The translations under genes and the position numbers were made by a program. The notes below the pieces were generated by a model. That model saw only the letters and a list, made by a program, of their open reading frames with translations. It did no database searches and was not told the DNA's origin. From NCBI GenBank assembly GCA_000165425.1, contig CT868430.1:186001-250000 (forward strand): a DNA stretch of 64,000 bases. The letters are read 5' to 3'. This DNA is from Paramecium tetraurelia. Taxonomy: Eukaryota. Positions 1-12,941 of this stretch are shown piece by piece (position 1 is the stretch's first letter; every line of letters begins with the position of its first letter).

Positions 1-1723
1 AACTAGTGGTTTGAGTAATTCACAAATGAGATCAGAACTAAGAATTTCGACAACTTAAAAAAATCGAAAAAAGGATATTTAGATACATAATTGAGGAATG
101 CCCATGAAATGTACGTAGGTTTGGGAATCGAGAAAAATAGAGACAGCGCTTTGCAAATCTACAAAAGATTGTCAGAAGAGAGCCATCCAATCGCATAGGC
201 AATAATGGGATAGGTTTTGATGGATGGAGAATTAGGAGAAAAAGATTATGATCAGGTAATGAATTATAACACCACTTGTGGTAGGCTTTTAACTACTTTA
301 AATTGAGTGCAGACCAAGGTCATACATTTAGTGTCTATTGGGCATCCAGATTAATATTAGTAATAAATAACAAGTAATTTTTAGGAAGAGAAAGTATTTG
401 ACAAATTTTTTGAGAAAGACGAACAATAGAGCAGGAAATCAAGTGTGACAACAATCAAAACTAAGGATTGTGATTTAGCTATCAAACTACTAAGGAAAGC
501 TGCAGAATTGAATCACGTGCCATCAATGATATATTTAGGTGATTTGTACACCTCAGGTTTGTAGTTATAAAATTGTAACAATAATAATTTTAAATATTTA
601 TGATAGACTCTTTGGAAAAAGACTACTAAGATGCTGAGTACTTTTATAAGCAAGCTCAAAAAAGGAATTCAGTGGAGGCTACATATAAATTATCTTTGTT
701 GTACTAAGAAATGAGTAAATAAAGTTTAAATAAGGTAAGTAGTTAATTTATACATAAATAGAATAGAAGACAATTAATTTTTCCATTACTCAGTCAAGCC
801 AAGAATCAAGACTATTTACCAGCATTTTACGATCTTGGAATGTTGTTGTTAAATGGTTTAGGGGAGGAATTGCAGGCCAACCCTATAATGGCTGACTTAA
901 TCTTCGAATAAGGTGCATTTAATGGTGATTTTAAGTGTGCCAAAAAATTACTTAATCTTCGTTTTCAAAATTTACAGAGAGAAGAAGGTTAGTTAACTGA
1001 TTTTCTATCTCTGTTGGATTAGTTGGAAGATATTTTGAAGGATCAAACTGTTATTAATTATATGAGGGGGAAGATTTACTATAAGGGTATATCATGCGAG
1101 AAAAATTTGTAAAAAGCGGTCGAATAATTTAGGTATTTGAATGAAATGAAAATAGAATAGGATCATGGAGGGGATGTCTAAAATGCAAAGCTTAATTGGA
1201 GAAAATATTTAAAGATAAGGAGGATTTGCCAACTAGCTCACCATAGTCATCGATTCAGAAACTAAATATTTAAGGAGGGTTTATTGATTAAGTCAAATTG
1301 AGCGATTAGAGAAAAGCATATCAAATACAGAAAGGGAAGGTTTCATTAAATAATAAATCAATTCCTTTTGAATAAGAGAATCAATCAACTAGACAGGATA
1401 GACATACAATAATGACAATAAGCATAGTTAAACCCAATGAAGCCAATGATCCAGACAGAAAAAGAGGGGGATCTGAATATCATAGTTTCAAAAGGGCAGA
1501 AAGCGGCGTCATGCTTTCCTAATTAAAACTACAAATTCAATCGCCTTAATAATAATCATCCACCAGATTTGAACAATAACAGTAGTCTTAATATGGATCT
1601 CCTCGTCAACCCTCATTAATTAACATCTCTTCAAATTCTTCGAAGAAAGACCTCTTTAATTTTAGTAAATTTCCTAGTCATTCATCTATTAATTCTTCAA
1701 AATATCTATTTAACTAACCTTGA
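1..1723 (+). CDS. Sel1-like repeat protein (5' truncated by window edge)
   Basis: Ciliate-code translation gives Sel1 repeats (e.g. KDYDQ/AFNYFKLSADQGH, AIKLLRKAAELNHVPSMIYLGDLYTSG). Several short GT..AG introns; TGA at 1721-1723. Confidence 0.8.
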
Positions 1724-1771
1724 ATTTAGCATATTAACTCAAACTTTTATTATATTTTATTTATTTATAAA

Positions 1772-2607
1772 ATGGAATCGCCTCAATAAAGAAAAGAAAA
1801 TGAAGAGCACCAAAATGAAGTTCAATAACCACAGACACATCTAATTCAACTAGACGTAGAAGAAACCTATGAACCCCCAATAAAAAGGCCAGCCCCAAAA
1901 ACATTCGGAGATTTAACAATCATATTTATTTTCGAGACCATAGGAACAGGATTATTCGCATATGGCATAGTGGCATCTAATGGATCTGATATCTTGATTG
2001 CTGCTTATTTGTATGCAGCAATATTTTTAACATGCAAATTTACAGGTGGCCATGTCAATCCAGCAGTGTCATTCAGCTTCTATTGTGATGATACTATTAG
2101 TTCATGGACATTGAGAATCTATTGGACTGCTCAATTATTAGGTGCAGTTGGAGGTGCTTGGATTGCTTATTTAATATTGGGAGTAGTGACATCTCCTAGT
2201 ATTAAGAGTACAAACATAGAGTGGATGCTTGCTGATTTGTGTGGAGAAGTACTTACATCACCTTAATTTAGGCTTTTGGAACCTTTATGTTTGTTCTATT
2301 CATACACATTCAAGTTCATGAATAAACACGTTAGACCAATAATGACATTGCAGGCATCGCTTGGATTTCATTGGCTCTATTCTTTTCTAGATAGTTATCA
2401 TCACATTCTGGAGGTATTTCATACTCTTCTATTTAAGGTTGCCTGAATCCAGCTATGGGTGTGGGATTGGAATTATTTGAAGCATTCTGGTTGAATGACA
2501 CAACTAAATTAGCTAATTTTTGGGTGTTTCTATTTGCTCCACTGTTTGGGGCATATATAGCATCGATTTTCTACAATTCAATATATTTGCCTTTATTAAA
2601 AAAATGA
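1772..2607 (+). CDS. Aquaporin / MIP family channel
   Basis: GGHVNPAVSF and GCLNPAMG motifs. Removing two introns (23 and 24 nt) gives an intact 263-codon frame. Confidence 0.93.
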
Positions 2608-2626
2608 GACATATATAAATTTAATT

Positions 2627-4595
2627 ATGGAGTAATATATTGATCACGAACTTACAATCCAACAATTCTTCAAGTAGCATCAAATAACATCACCTTTACT
2701 CTCCCAACTCAAAAGGGAGTTCGGTATCATCAAGCATCCCACTTTTATAATGAATAATTTGCTCTAAGTAATTTAATAGCAATTATTTAGATCATCCAAC
2801 ACAAAAAACATTTAACATGCATCGAAGCACCAAAATAGAGTGGAAGAACTATGTCATGTCTTTTGATTATTTTGGATTACTTCCTGAAATCTTTAGATCA
2901 CTTCACTCCAGACGAAGAAGTAAGAATTAACCACATTTATCATAGAATGGATATTATTTGCTTATTACCTCAGCAAGCAGGGAATAATCAGCACATTGCA
3001 AATCCGTTGTTCAAAAATTGTTAGACAATTATCTTTAAGAAATTGCCTTACTTGATATTAATTCACAATTTCCCCTAAATGCAAAAAGTACTTATTACTG
3101 CAAATAATAACTAGATGATCAATACAATATTGTATTGCCTCCAGTAACCTAACCATCTATTTTGTTTGCCACATATTATTCTGTGAGTAAATTAAAGGCT
3201 AGTGGTAAGGTAGACAACAAATGCTTCTAATTTGCTTTATTTGATGATTGCAACCTAGCCACTCTATATGGTGGATAACACTAGTTGGAAACAGTTTCTA
3301 AGTGGATTTCCAAGAATTAATTTACAATTTATATTGGAGATGAAAAATTGATTGAAGTTATACTTGGAAAGGCAATTACAGTTGCTAAAATCGAAGAGGA
3401 TTAGGAAGAGTAAGAATAAGAAGATAGAGTCATTTAATAAACTAATAATGCATTGCCCAATTTGTTTTACTATTTTTATTCAGACTTTACTTAATAATAG
3501 ATAGTCCTTTACATCACTTTGAAACTTAACCTTGTGTAAGGAAAGACACTCATAATAGTATAAAATTTGTTTGAGATTTATTATTTACAATTACTTTTTC
3601 AAAGATGTAATATTGAAAGATATCAAATTTATAACCATGAAAACCCAAAAACACTTAAATATTATACTTTGTCGACTTTCAATACCGGAGTTATCTAAAT
3701 ACTTGTAGCTACTGCAAATGTATTCTTAAGATTTGGAAAATGAATTCTTTGAAAGAAGCAAATAACAAACTAAAAAATCCAAATAACCTTACACTTTAAA
3801 GAAGTTAGATAATATCATTTTGTACAATTTATTGCCAAACGAATTGCCTGATTAAATTTTAAAATCTGTGAGCAATACTGTGTGTATCGTTTCAAATAAT
3901 GAATAAAATGTTGAAACAGTTATGTAGTTTGTAAACACTGAGTATAATAATATTAATTGCAAAGAATATCCAATAAAATAAAATGAAATTGAGGCATTCC
4001 GCTATCGTATAGAAGATACAACCAAAAATATATCTAAGTATTAGGTTAAAATGGCAGAGCAAATAGATTTCAAAAAGAAGATGATCAAGTCACCAGATCT
4101 AGTGGAGTACTTTTAATAGAATTAGAAAGAAAAAGAATTGTTGTAGGATCAAATCGTATAATTAAAGAAGAAGTTGAATAGATCAGCAATATAATTGCCA
4201 TAAGGTATCTCTATATAAAAATGTCTTAGGTCCTGTATCTGAGTATTTGTTACCAGAATTCATCAAGAAGTAAAGGAAGATGCAGGGAGATTAATAGAAG
4301 GTCAAAGTACTTGTGAGAGTTCATGATTAAATTACTGATAAATTGATAAGGAAAAGAAGATTGTTGAATGATGAATAGAATAACAATATGTTGCCTGAGT
4401 AAGAAGAGAAACCTAGAACAAAGAAGCCTGAGAATTAATATGTGACAATCAATTAAGAAGACGAGGATCCTGAATTAGTTGATTCAATCTCGTCTTAAAC
4501 CCATAAGTGGTAAGAAAACATGGAAGTTGAAACATGGATTCAAATTGAAAAAGAGAAACAAGAGGTTGGAAAGGAAGGGAGTCTTCACTACCTGA
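2627..4595 (+). CDS. Divergent DEAD-box RNA helicase, DDX56/Dbp9-like
   Basis: Motif I-like EAPKQSGRT and motif II-like FDDCN. C-terminal EIEAFRYRIED...IKSPDLVEYF...VSEYLLP resembles DDX56/Dbp9. The 3' end is ambiguous: TGA 4593-4595 after a +1 shift, or TGA 4640-4642 in the unshifted frame. Confidence 0.7.
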
Positions 4596-4664
4596 GTGTA
4601 TATAAATTAATTTATTTAACAATTTTATAGAATGTTATATGATATATAAATGCTCATGAATAAA

Positions 4665-7516
4665 TCATTAATCTTTTGGTTGATTAGTTAAAACTTCTTT
4701 GAATGAAAATGGCATAAATTTGATGCCATCAGCTTTATAGAATTTGCCTTAGAATTCTACCCATTGCAATCTTAGAGCATGTAAGAAACATTCCATAAGA
4801 TCCATGCACATTAAAACTATCATACATAAATATATATACCTCCAATAGTGCAATGTAGAAATACAGGCCAACCAATGACTAAGATAATTACATTTCCATC
4901 TTCAATTCCTGCACCAATACACTTCTCGAAAAACACTTTAGCCAATTGTCCATGTGCTAACGATAAAGCCCATAAACGCAAATATGATGCAGTATTACTA
5001 ATAGAACCAAGAACGAATTCGATGGTTTCAATAATTTAATGTACAGCAAGTTCTCCAATATCAAATTCGTCATGTCCATGTCCGTGATCTCCAGTCTTTT
5101 CTGGTTATTTTGGTAATAATTATTATGGTTAATCTTTCAGTTGATCATCTTCTGCTGCTTACTCTTTGAGTCTCTGTTCTTCCAATTGTTTTCTTCTTAA
5201 TTCCTTCTCTTTTTCCTTTTAGATTAATTACAATCTTAGTTCCTCTGCCAAAGCACTTTAATTAATTGATTTTTAACTCGTTTGCATAGGCAACAGGGGT
5301 TCCTTGCTCTCGTCTTTGGGTTCAAGAGCTTTTGAAGGTTTCTTTTCATGCTTTTTTCCACTATAGTGTTGGATAACCTCAATAATTGGTTTGGGTATAA
5401 GCATCCAAGGAATGCATAAGAATGACCAAAATAGAATAGATTATTAAAGAGATTCTTGAGACTCTAAGTCAAATAATGGTTTTCCTTCTGTGGTACCTCC
5501 TTGTAGAGGGATATTGATCATAGCATTGATGATTGATGGAGCCTTATCAGTTCTACCTTCCCAACTCTATCCCCACTTCAACATGATCATTATTCCCATG
5601 TAACCAAAAGTAATACACATAAATATCATTTGTGGAAGGAATTCACAAATAAAGGATAAGTAATCCTTGAAATATAGATTATTGACTCCTTTTAAGAGAA
5701 TACCAAAAATCATTTGAGAGACTCCGTAAATGATTGCAAACTTCATCTTGAAAGAATTGAAGAAGTTCAATTCATTGCTTGCTATATACCATTTAGGATC
5801 AAATCCAATGGGGTAGGTACATCCTTGAATATAAACAGTTTCTTCAGAATCAGGGACATTTTCAAAGCAACTTCCAAATATATTCCAAGTCAAAGACATG
5901 AAATCATTATAGATAATACCACAATAGAGTGCACACAAACCCATCAGTAGGAATAAATATCTAACCTAAACTAAAGCAGCATAATCGGGTAGTTTTTTTA
6001 AAGTGTCAGCATTTTTGACTAAAAGGAATGCTAAAATAAACAGAACTCCTCCATGACCAATATCTCCAAACATAATACCAAACATGAAAGGGAAAAACAT
6101 AACAGCAAACATTCCAGGGTTCACTTCCTTATATCTGGGGATTCCATAAGTGTTAACAATTTCTTAGAATACATTATTGAATTCATTTATCTTAAAGTAA
6201 GTGGGTGTAAGCACTTTCTCAGGTGGTTCCAACTCAATAATTTATCCGACTGAAGTATTACTTTGGGAAACGCTCAATTGGTGTAGCATATGATGCAATT
6301 CCCCTTCCACATGTTTGGGTGCCCAAAAGAACCCAATGTAAATTCTTTCCTTTTGATAAAGATAGTTTAAATTTGTATATAGTGTTTTCTCTTTGACCAT
6401 CAATAATTTACTCATTTCCAACAGTGATATTTTCAGTTATGGCTATATTTAAGCATATTCCAATAATAGTTCCTTTATTTTACCAGATGTCAATCTCAAT
6501 AACTAAAGGATTAATGGGATATTACATTATCGCATTCATCTAAAGAGCGATCCAACTCTAATGTTTTTTAGACTAGGAGTTAAGGATCATCTGGAAGAAC
6601 AAATTTGGCACAATTGAATGAATCACATATTTTATTGAGTTTGGCTCTCAAAAAGTCTTGTCCTCCTCCTCCTCCTGTGTATACAATCAAAAAGACTGTT
6701 CTTTACTTTTCCAAATTCTTTGCAGCTGACTTGTCGGAATCCAAGTTGCCTGTCTCTAATGAAGAATCAATTCGCGAATATTCTATGTCTGATAACACAA
6801 TCCAGGCATTTCCTTTTGATGCTCTGAACACCATTCTTTTAAAACGATTAGCTTCTACTCTGTCAACTACTCCCACCAAATAATTCAGATTGTAAACTAT
6901 TGTCATTATTACATACAAATTATACGTGGTTGTGCTACCTTCTGTTGCTCTGGTACTCCACCAATCTATGGGTTTATAGCCACATTCCTTCCCTTTGTGT
7001 AATATGTTGGACCTAACACTTCCTTTGATTTTATCAAGACAGCCTTGTGTTCAAATAAGGTGTTTTTGCGAACAGAGATTTGCTCTAAATTTTGAATCTG
7101 TTCTATCAATTGAGCTTTAAGATCGAGACAAATAATTACAATATTTTTCATCCAAAGTGCTCTCAATCAGATCAAACCATTTATCTTCACTTTAGTTTAT
7201 TTCCTTTGTGTACAAGGTCATTCTTTCTAAGAATTATTAATAATCAGAGCATTTCAGATTCTTTATTTTGTACTTCAGCATTTCAACTTCCAATACGTTC
7301 AATTTACTGATCACTTCATCAGCCCTTCTTATGTACTGATAAAAAGGCCTATTCACTTGAGGCTCATCTGGAGACATATCCACAACTTAGACCTTAAATA
7401 AATATTCCATTCCCTACCATACTCAATTTTCCCATCTCATTAAACACTTCCCAGGCACTCTCCTTTGGCACTATTATCTAATAGTATGCCATTGTCTCTG
7501 ATCTAAAGAAACTCAT
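4665..7516 (-). CDS. V-type H+-ATPase V0 subunit a
   Basis: [10 protein letters not shown]-terminus; [32 protein letters not shown] with the essential Arg; [17 protein letters not shown]. Short introns. Confidence 0.96.
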
Positions 7517-8280
7517 CAATAAGATATAAAAAATATTTATGTTAATTCAAGAAGCATAATTTAATTATAATCTTTTTATTTAAATAAGCCTCTATTACAT
7601 CTCCTTTAAACATCTCAGAAGCTCAGATTCCATTCCCTAAACTCAAGGATCTTCCAAAGTTAATTGTAAATGCATCAGTTCCTACATTTAACTTATTTCA
7701 GTTTTTGCATGAACCATTTACTTAAAAGTTGATCCACTATAACAGTCTTAATCCAATGATAACATCTATACATAATTAAAGAGAATCTACTTTTCATCAT
7801 CTGGACTTAAATAGTTTTTAAATTAATATTGTATGGTTTGTTTAATTTGAACATTATATCAAAGGATTAATTAGAGAAATGATTTTCCAACATATATGCT
7901 AGCAATCTAACTTTCTATCGAAATTTCACTATTTTATAAATCAATTTCCTCATTAAATTAAGTGCATTTAGATCAGTATTTCTTGATTCTCTAAAATTTC
8001 TGAATACGATAATTTCAAATCCGATTGTAATTTCTTTGAAAATTCTCAATCGATTGAAGGCTTCAATAATCAAAAGATACTTTAGATGATTTAGATGATC
8101 CTATAGTTAAAGCCTTCCTTTTTAATTAATAAAAGAAATCAAATCTAGCTATATTATGCATAGAGATTGATGATTATAATAAGTGATGAACTGGCTTTAA
8201 TTGTTCCTAGATTGTAGAAATCTAATTATAGGAATATTTTTATTGATAAAGAAATATAAATTAATTAAAGAATTTAATTA

Positions 8281-10130
8281 ATGGAAGAATCAAAGTTAAG
8301 AATTGCAATTATCAATAAAGACAGATGTAAACCATAGCGTTGTGCTTTGGAATGCAAGAAGAATTGCCCAATTAATAAGAGTGAGAAATTGTGTATAGAG
8401 GTTACAAAGCAAAGCAAAACATGCACAATAAATGAATCATTGTGCATCGGATGTGCCATATGTGTAAAGAAATGCCCATTCAAAGCAATCATGATTATTA
8501 ATTTACCCAAAGATTTATCTAAAGAATTGACTCACTAATATGGAGCAAACTCATTCAAATTGCATAGATTGCCAACACCTAGACCAGGATAAGTCTTAGG
8601 ATTAGTTGGAACCAATGGTATTGGAAAGTCAACTGCATTGTAAATTCTAAGTGGAAAAGTGCAACCTAATTTGGGTTTATATAAAGAGCCACCTTCTTAA
8701 GAATAGATCTTAAAGTATTTTAGAGGTAGTGAATTACAGAGCTATTTACAAAAAGTATTTGAGGGTAAGGTCAAGGCTGTTAATTAAACCATAATATGTA
8801 GATTCTATTGGTAAGGCAGTCAAAGGGAAAGTTGGAGATGTTATTAAGAACAAGGATAAATTGAATAGAGCAGATTAATTGTTGAAGGATTTAGAGTTGA
8901 ATCATTTATTGGATAGAGAAATAAGTATGTTGTCAGGAGGTGAATTGTAAAGATTTGCAATTTTGATGGCTTGTATTTCAGAAAGTGATTGTTTGATGCT
9001 TGATGAACCAACATCTTATTTGGATATCAAATAAAGAGTAGTGGCATCTAGAATCATTAGAAATCAAGTGAGAGATAACAATTATCTTATTGTTGTTGAA
9101 CATGATCTATCCATTTTAGATTATCTCTCAGATTTTATTTGTTGTCTTTATGGTGAATAAACAGCTTATGGTATAGTGACAATGCCTTTTTCAGTTAGAG
9201 AAGGTATCAATATATTCTTGGCTGGATTTGTACCAACTGAAAATATGAGATTCAGAGACTATGAATTAAATTTCAAGATATCAGATAATTTAGAAATGTT
9301 GGAGAACCAAAAACAAAAGAAAAACTATTAATATCCTGACATGAAGAAAGTGTAAGGAGAATTTTCATTGTAAATCAAGGCAGGAGGTTTCAATAATTCA
9401 GAAATTGTTGTCTTATTGGGAGAAAATGGAACTGGAAAAACTACATTCATCAAAATGTTGGCAGGAAAGGATAAAGATGCTGTTGATGTTCCCAGATTGA
9501 GTGTCAGTTACAAACCATAAATGATTGCACCAACATTCGATGGAACTGTTTAAGAGTTATTCAGATCTAAATTACAAGATAGTCATAGAAATCCTTAATT
9601 CCAAACTGATGTGTATAAACCATTGAGAATTGAAGACTTGGAGGATAATGAGGTTAAGAAATTGTCAGGAGGTGAATTGTAAAGAGTCGCTTTGATTCTT
9701 GCTTTAGGTAAACCAGCTGAGGTTTATCTATTGGATGAACCCTCTGCCTATTTAGATGCAGAGTAAAGAGTTGCCACATCTAAATTGATTAAAAGATATA
9801 TTATGAATACTAAAAGAGCAGGATTCGTTGTTGAACATGATTTCATTATGGCAACTTATTTGGCAGATAAGTAATCACATTATTCTATATCTCAAGAGTC
9901 GTAGTCTATGATGGCGTACCAGGCAAAGCTTGTGTTGCTAATGCACCTGAAGATTTATTGACAGGAATGAACAAGTTCTTGAATGTGCTTAATATTACAT
10001 TTAGAAGAGGTATACTCACTTTTATTAATGTTTAGATCCAACCAACTTTAGACCAAGAATCAATAAAATGGATTCTATTTTGGATAGAGAGTAGAAACAA
10101 AGTGGTAACTATTTCTGTTTAGATGAATGA
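8281..10130 (+). CDS. ABCE1: ABCE1/Rli1 ribosome recycling ATPase (one extra base at about 8782 in this sequence)
   Basis: N-terminal Fe-S cysteines ([27 protein letters not shown]); GTNGIGKST and GENGTGKTT Walker A; two LSGGELQR signatures; C-terminal FRPRINK. Two 26-nt introns. Confidence 0.96.
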
Positions 10131-10172
10131 AAAATTCTTTTAAATTTACATAAATTATAAGTATATTTTAAA

Positions 10173-11157
10173 ATGTTAGTGGGACTTAATAAATTCGGAT
10201 TTTCTTTTGATAAAAAAATAGGGAGTGGTTCCTTTGGTCAAATATTTTTAGGTACAACTTATTGAATAATCTTTTTAGGAACAAGCAAATAAACTGGACA
10301 AGATGTAGCCATTAAATTAGTATGACTACTTTATTTATCTAGGAAGCCGTTACAAATAAACATCCATAATTAATCTTCGAGGGCAAGATCTATAAAGTAT
10401 TGCAAGGAGGAAGTAAATCAATTAAATATCAATTAAGTGGGGATTCCATAATCTTATTGGGTTGGAAGTGAAGGAGAATACAATATATTAGTGATGGAAC
10501 TACTTGGTCCAAATCTAGAAGATCTATTCAACTCGTGCAAAAGACACTTCTCATTAAAAACAGTCTTAATGATTGCTTAATAGATGCTTTCAAGAATTGA
10601 ATTTATTCATAGCAAAAACCTAATTCATAGAGATATCAAACCTGACAATTTTCTGATTGGATTAACTTAGAAGAGTGATATCATTTATATAATAGACTTT
10701 GGTCTATCTAAGAAATATAGAGATTAGAGAACTAGTAAAATAAATATAATGTTTTTTAGATCTCCATATTCCATATAGAGAAGGTAAAAGTTTAACTGGA
10801 ACAGCTAGATATGCTAGTGTAAATACACATTTAGGAGTTGAGCAAAGCAGAAGAGATGATTTGGAAGCAATTGGATATGTATTAGTTTATTTTTTAAACG
10901 GATAATTGCCATGGTAAGGTTTAAAAACAGATAACAAGAAAGATAAATATGAAAAGATAGCTGAATCTAAGATTGCTACTTCAATTGAAAAATTATGTGA
11001 TGGACTGCCAGAAGAATTTTCTATATATTTCAACTATTGCAAAAGCCTAAAATTCGAAGAGAGACCTGATTATGTTTGGTTAAAAAAATTATTTAAAGAT
11101 CTTTATACAAGAATGAAATATCCAAATGATAATGTTTTTGATTGGACCAAATTATGA
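10173..11157 (+). CDS. Casein kinase 1 family Ser/Thr kinase
   Basis: [39 protein letters not shown]. Four short introns. Confidence 0.95.
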
Positions 11158-11335
11158 TTATGTATTTGTCATATATATTTTCTATGGTTAAATTTGAAAT
11201 AATGATTGTCAATCTATTTCTCTGATTTATTAATAATAATTTATTTAGTTGAGCTATGAATAATTCCTTATTATAAATATTAAAATGAACTGTAGGATTA
11301 TGTTAATTTTAAAGAGATGCAAAATATAAAATGTA

Positions 11336-12718
11336 TCACTTTCCTTTTTCTTAAGATCTATTAATAAGAAAATTTCCTAGAAATTGTACTTCTTCATTCG
11401 GTCTAATTTATGAATTTAATGTTACTTTTAAAGCTTGATTTAAGTAAGACCTTCAATTAATGCTTCATATAGATCACTATTATCTTTCTAAAGATAAGCA
11501 AAAAGAGAAAAATATTGGTCTGGTTGTTACTATTTCTACTAATCGTTCATATTTTAATAATAATATTTATAATTTATTTTCCACTAAATATAACTCATAT
11601 TAAACCACTTTATAATGTTTACTTTAGTGTTAATAATGAATTTACTTACTCTTATTTTTGTTTTAATTAAGTTTAGAGAGTTAAATGCTAAAAAATAGCT
11701 TAATTATATACCTCTTTCGCTTATTCCACAATGTAGATGTCTGATTTCTCACATTTTCTTTAGCAAGCTTAAGACTTCTGCTCAAAGGTTCTACATGATT
11801 ATGCGAGCTATATAGAGGAAGGTGTGTTACTTTTTCTGTTTCACCTTTGTATAAATTAAATTATTGATTTGTTTTCTCAATAATTTATTGGAATTCTTCT
11901 GCTTTCTATAGATGTGGATTCAAATGAGCTTCCACTAGTGCTTCTTCTTCTTTAATCTTTTGCAATTATTCTTCGGAGCCATCAGATGTACCCAGAGATT
12001 AACTTATATTGTTAATTTATTCAAATATTTTGGTTTCTCTTTCTTTTCTTTATGAATCTTTAAAATAAATAGTGATTAATATTACCTAATTTATTTAGTT
12101 CTTCATCGAAGATTTTATCTCTTTTTTCAACATGTTCTTGAATTTCTTTCATTTTTTCTTTCAAAGCCTCATTCTCAGCTTAACTTTTGTGTTTGGCATT
12201 AGAGACTTCTTCCATTTTAGTGGAGATGTCTTTGATTTCTTATTGGAATCCTTCAACCAACTCTGTTTTCTTTTATTTTTCCTCATCAACTACTTTGCTG
12301 TATTTTTCTTAATATTCATTTAATTGATTAGTTTGAGTATTTCTGAAAGTTTCTAAAGTTTTAATTTGATTCTTCAATTTTGAATTTTCATTTAAAACTT
12401 GATTTAGATTGTTACAATTACCTTTTTCTTTATCTTGGGTAGCAATCTCAAATTTCTTTGCTGAGAATAAAGCCTCTTTGTGTGCTGTTTTACTTTCATT
12501 GATGATTTTTTTTAATTTGGTAATCAAAGCTGTCTTGTCCTCCAAGCTATCGAGCTGACTCTTTTGAATTTTAGTTTATTTAGAAATTTTTTTGAATTCA
12601 TCATCTCCTCTGAAACGTTGATGAAATTCATCTAAACTTTACTCTAAAATAGCTTAAATGACTTACTAGTATACAATTCTTTGATTTAAGCAAAGAGGTC
12701 GAAAACTGTAAGGTTCAT
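11336..12718 (-). CDS. Hypothetical coiled-coil protein
   Basis: Long K/E/Q-rich frame in ciliate code starting MNLTVFDLFAQIKE, with short introns. No recognisable domain. Confidence 0.6.
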
Positions 12719-12789
12719 ATATTATTTTTGAAATTTTATTATCCAAAATTAAAGAAAATATTCAAAATACAAAAATTATATATTATTGA

Positions 12790-12850
12790 TCAGAACTGGC
12801 GAAGATTGTCGACAACTTTAATTTACGAAGTCGGAATACTTGATCATCAC
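12790..12850 (-). ncRNA. Probable box C/D snoRNA
   Basis: Minus strand reads GTGATGA (box C)...ATTCCGACTTC...TCGCCAGTT-CTGA (box D), 61 nt, in an intergenic GC-enriched patch. The two internal segments are antisense to conserved LSU rRNA motifs GAAGUCGGAAU and AACUGGCGA (recalled from eukaryotic LSU, not checked against this species). Confidence 0.7.
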
Positions 12851-12941
12851 ATATATGTAAATTTGTGATTTCCCTTTTATAGAATTACGAATTCAATACC
12901 CAGATTGTGGGTTTTAATTAATTTAAATTAATAAACTCAAC

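Noticed and set aside
4848..7310. + strand ORFs from the supplied track overlapping the V-ATPase gene
   Set aside because: Antisense shadows of a well-conserved minus-strand gene. The same applies to most short track ORFs opposite real genes.
7520..8280. Possible gene, or N-terminal extension of ABCE1
   Set aside because: Open frames are expected by chance when TGA is the only stop. No motif was found, and ABCE1 homology begins at 8281.
8765..8801. 37-nt GT..AG intron that would restore the ABCE1 frame
   Set aside because: It would delete the conserved KPQYV Q-loop and is longer than the other introns modelled here.
12857..12882. Intron-like GTAAAT...TAG in intergenic DNA suggesting an extra exon
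   Set aside because: No ATG-led frame joins it. The adjacent GC-rich patch is better explained by the minus-strand snoRNA.
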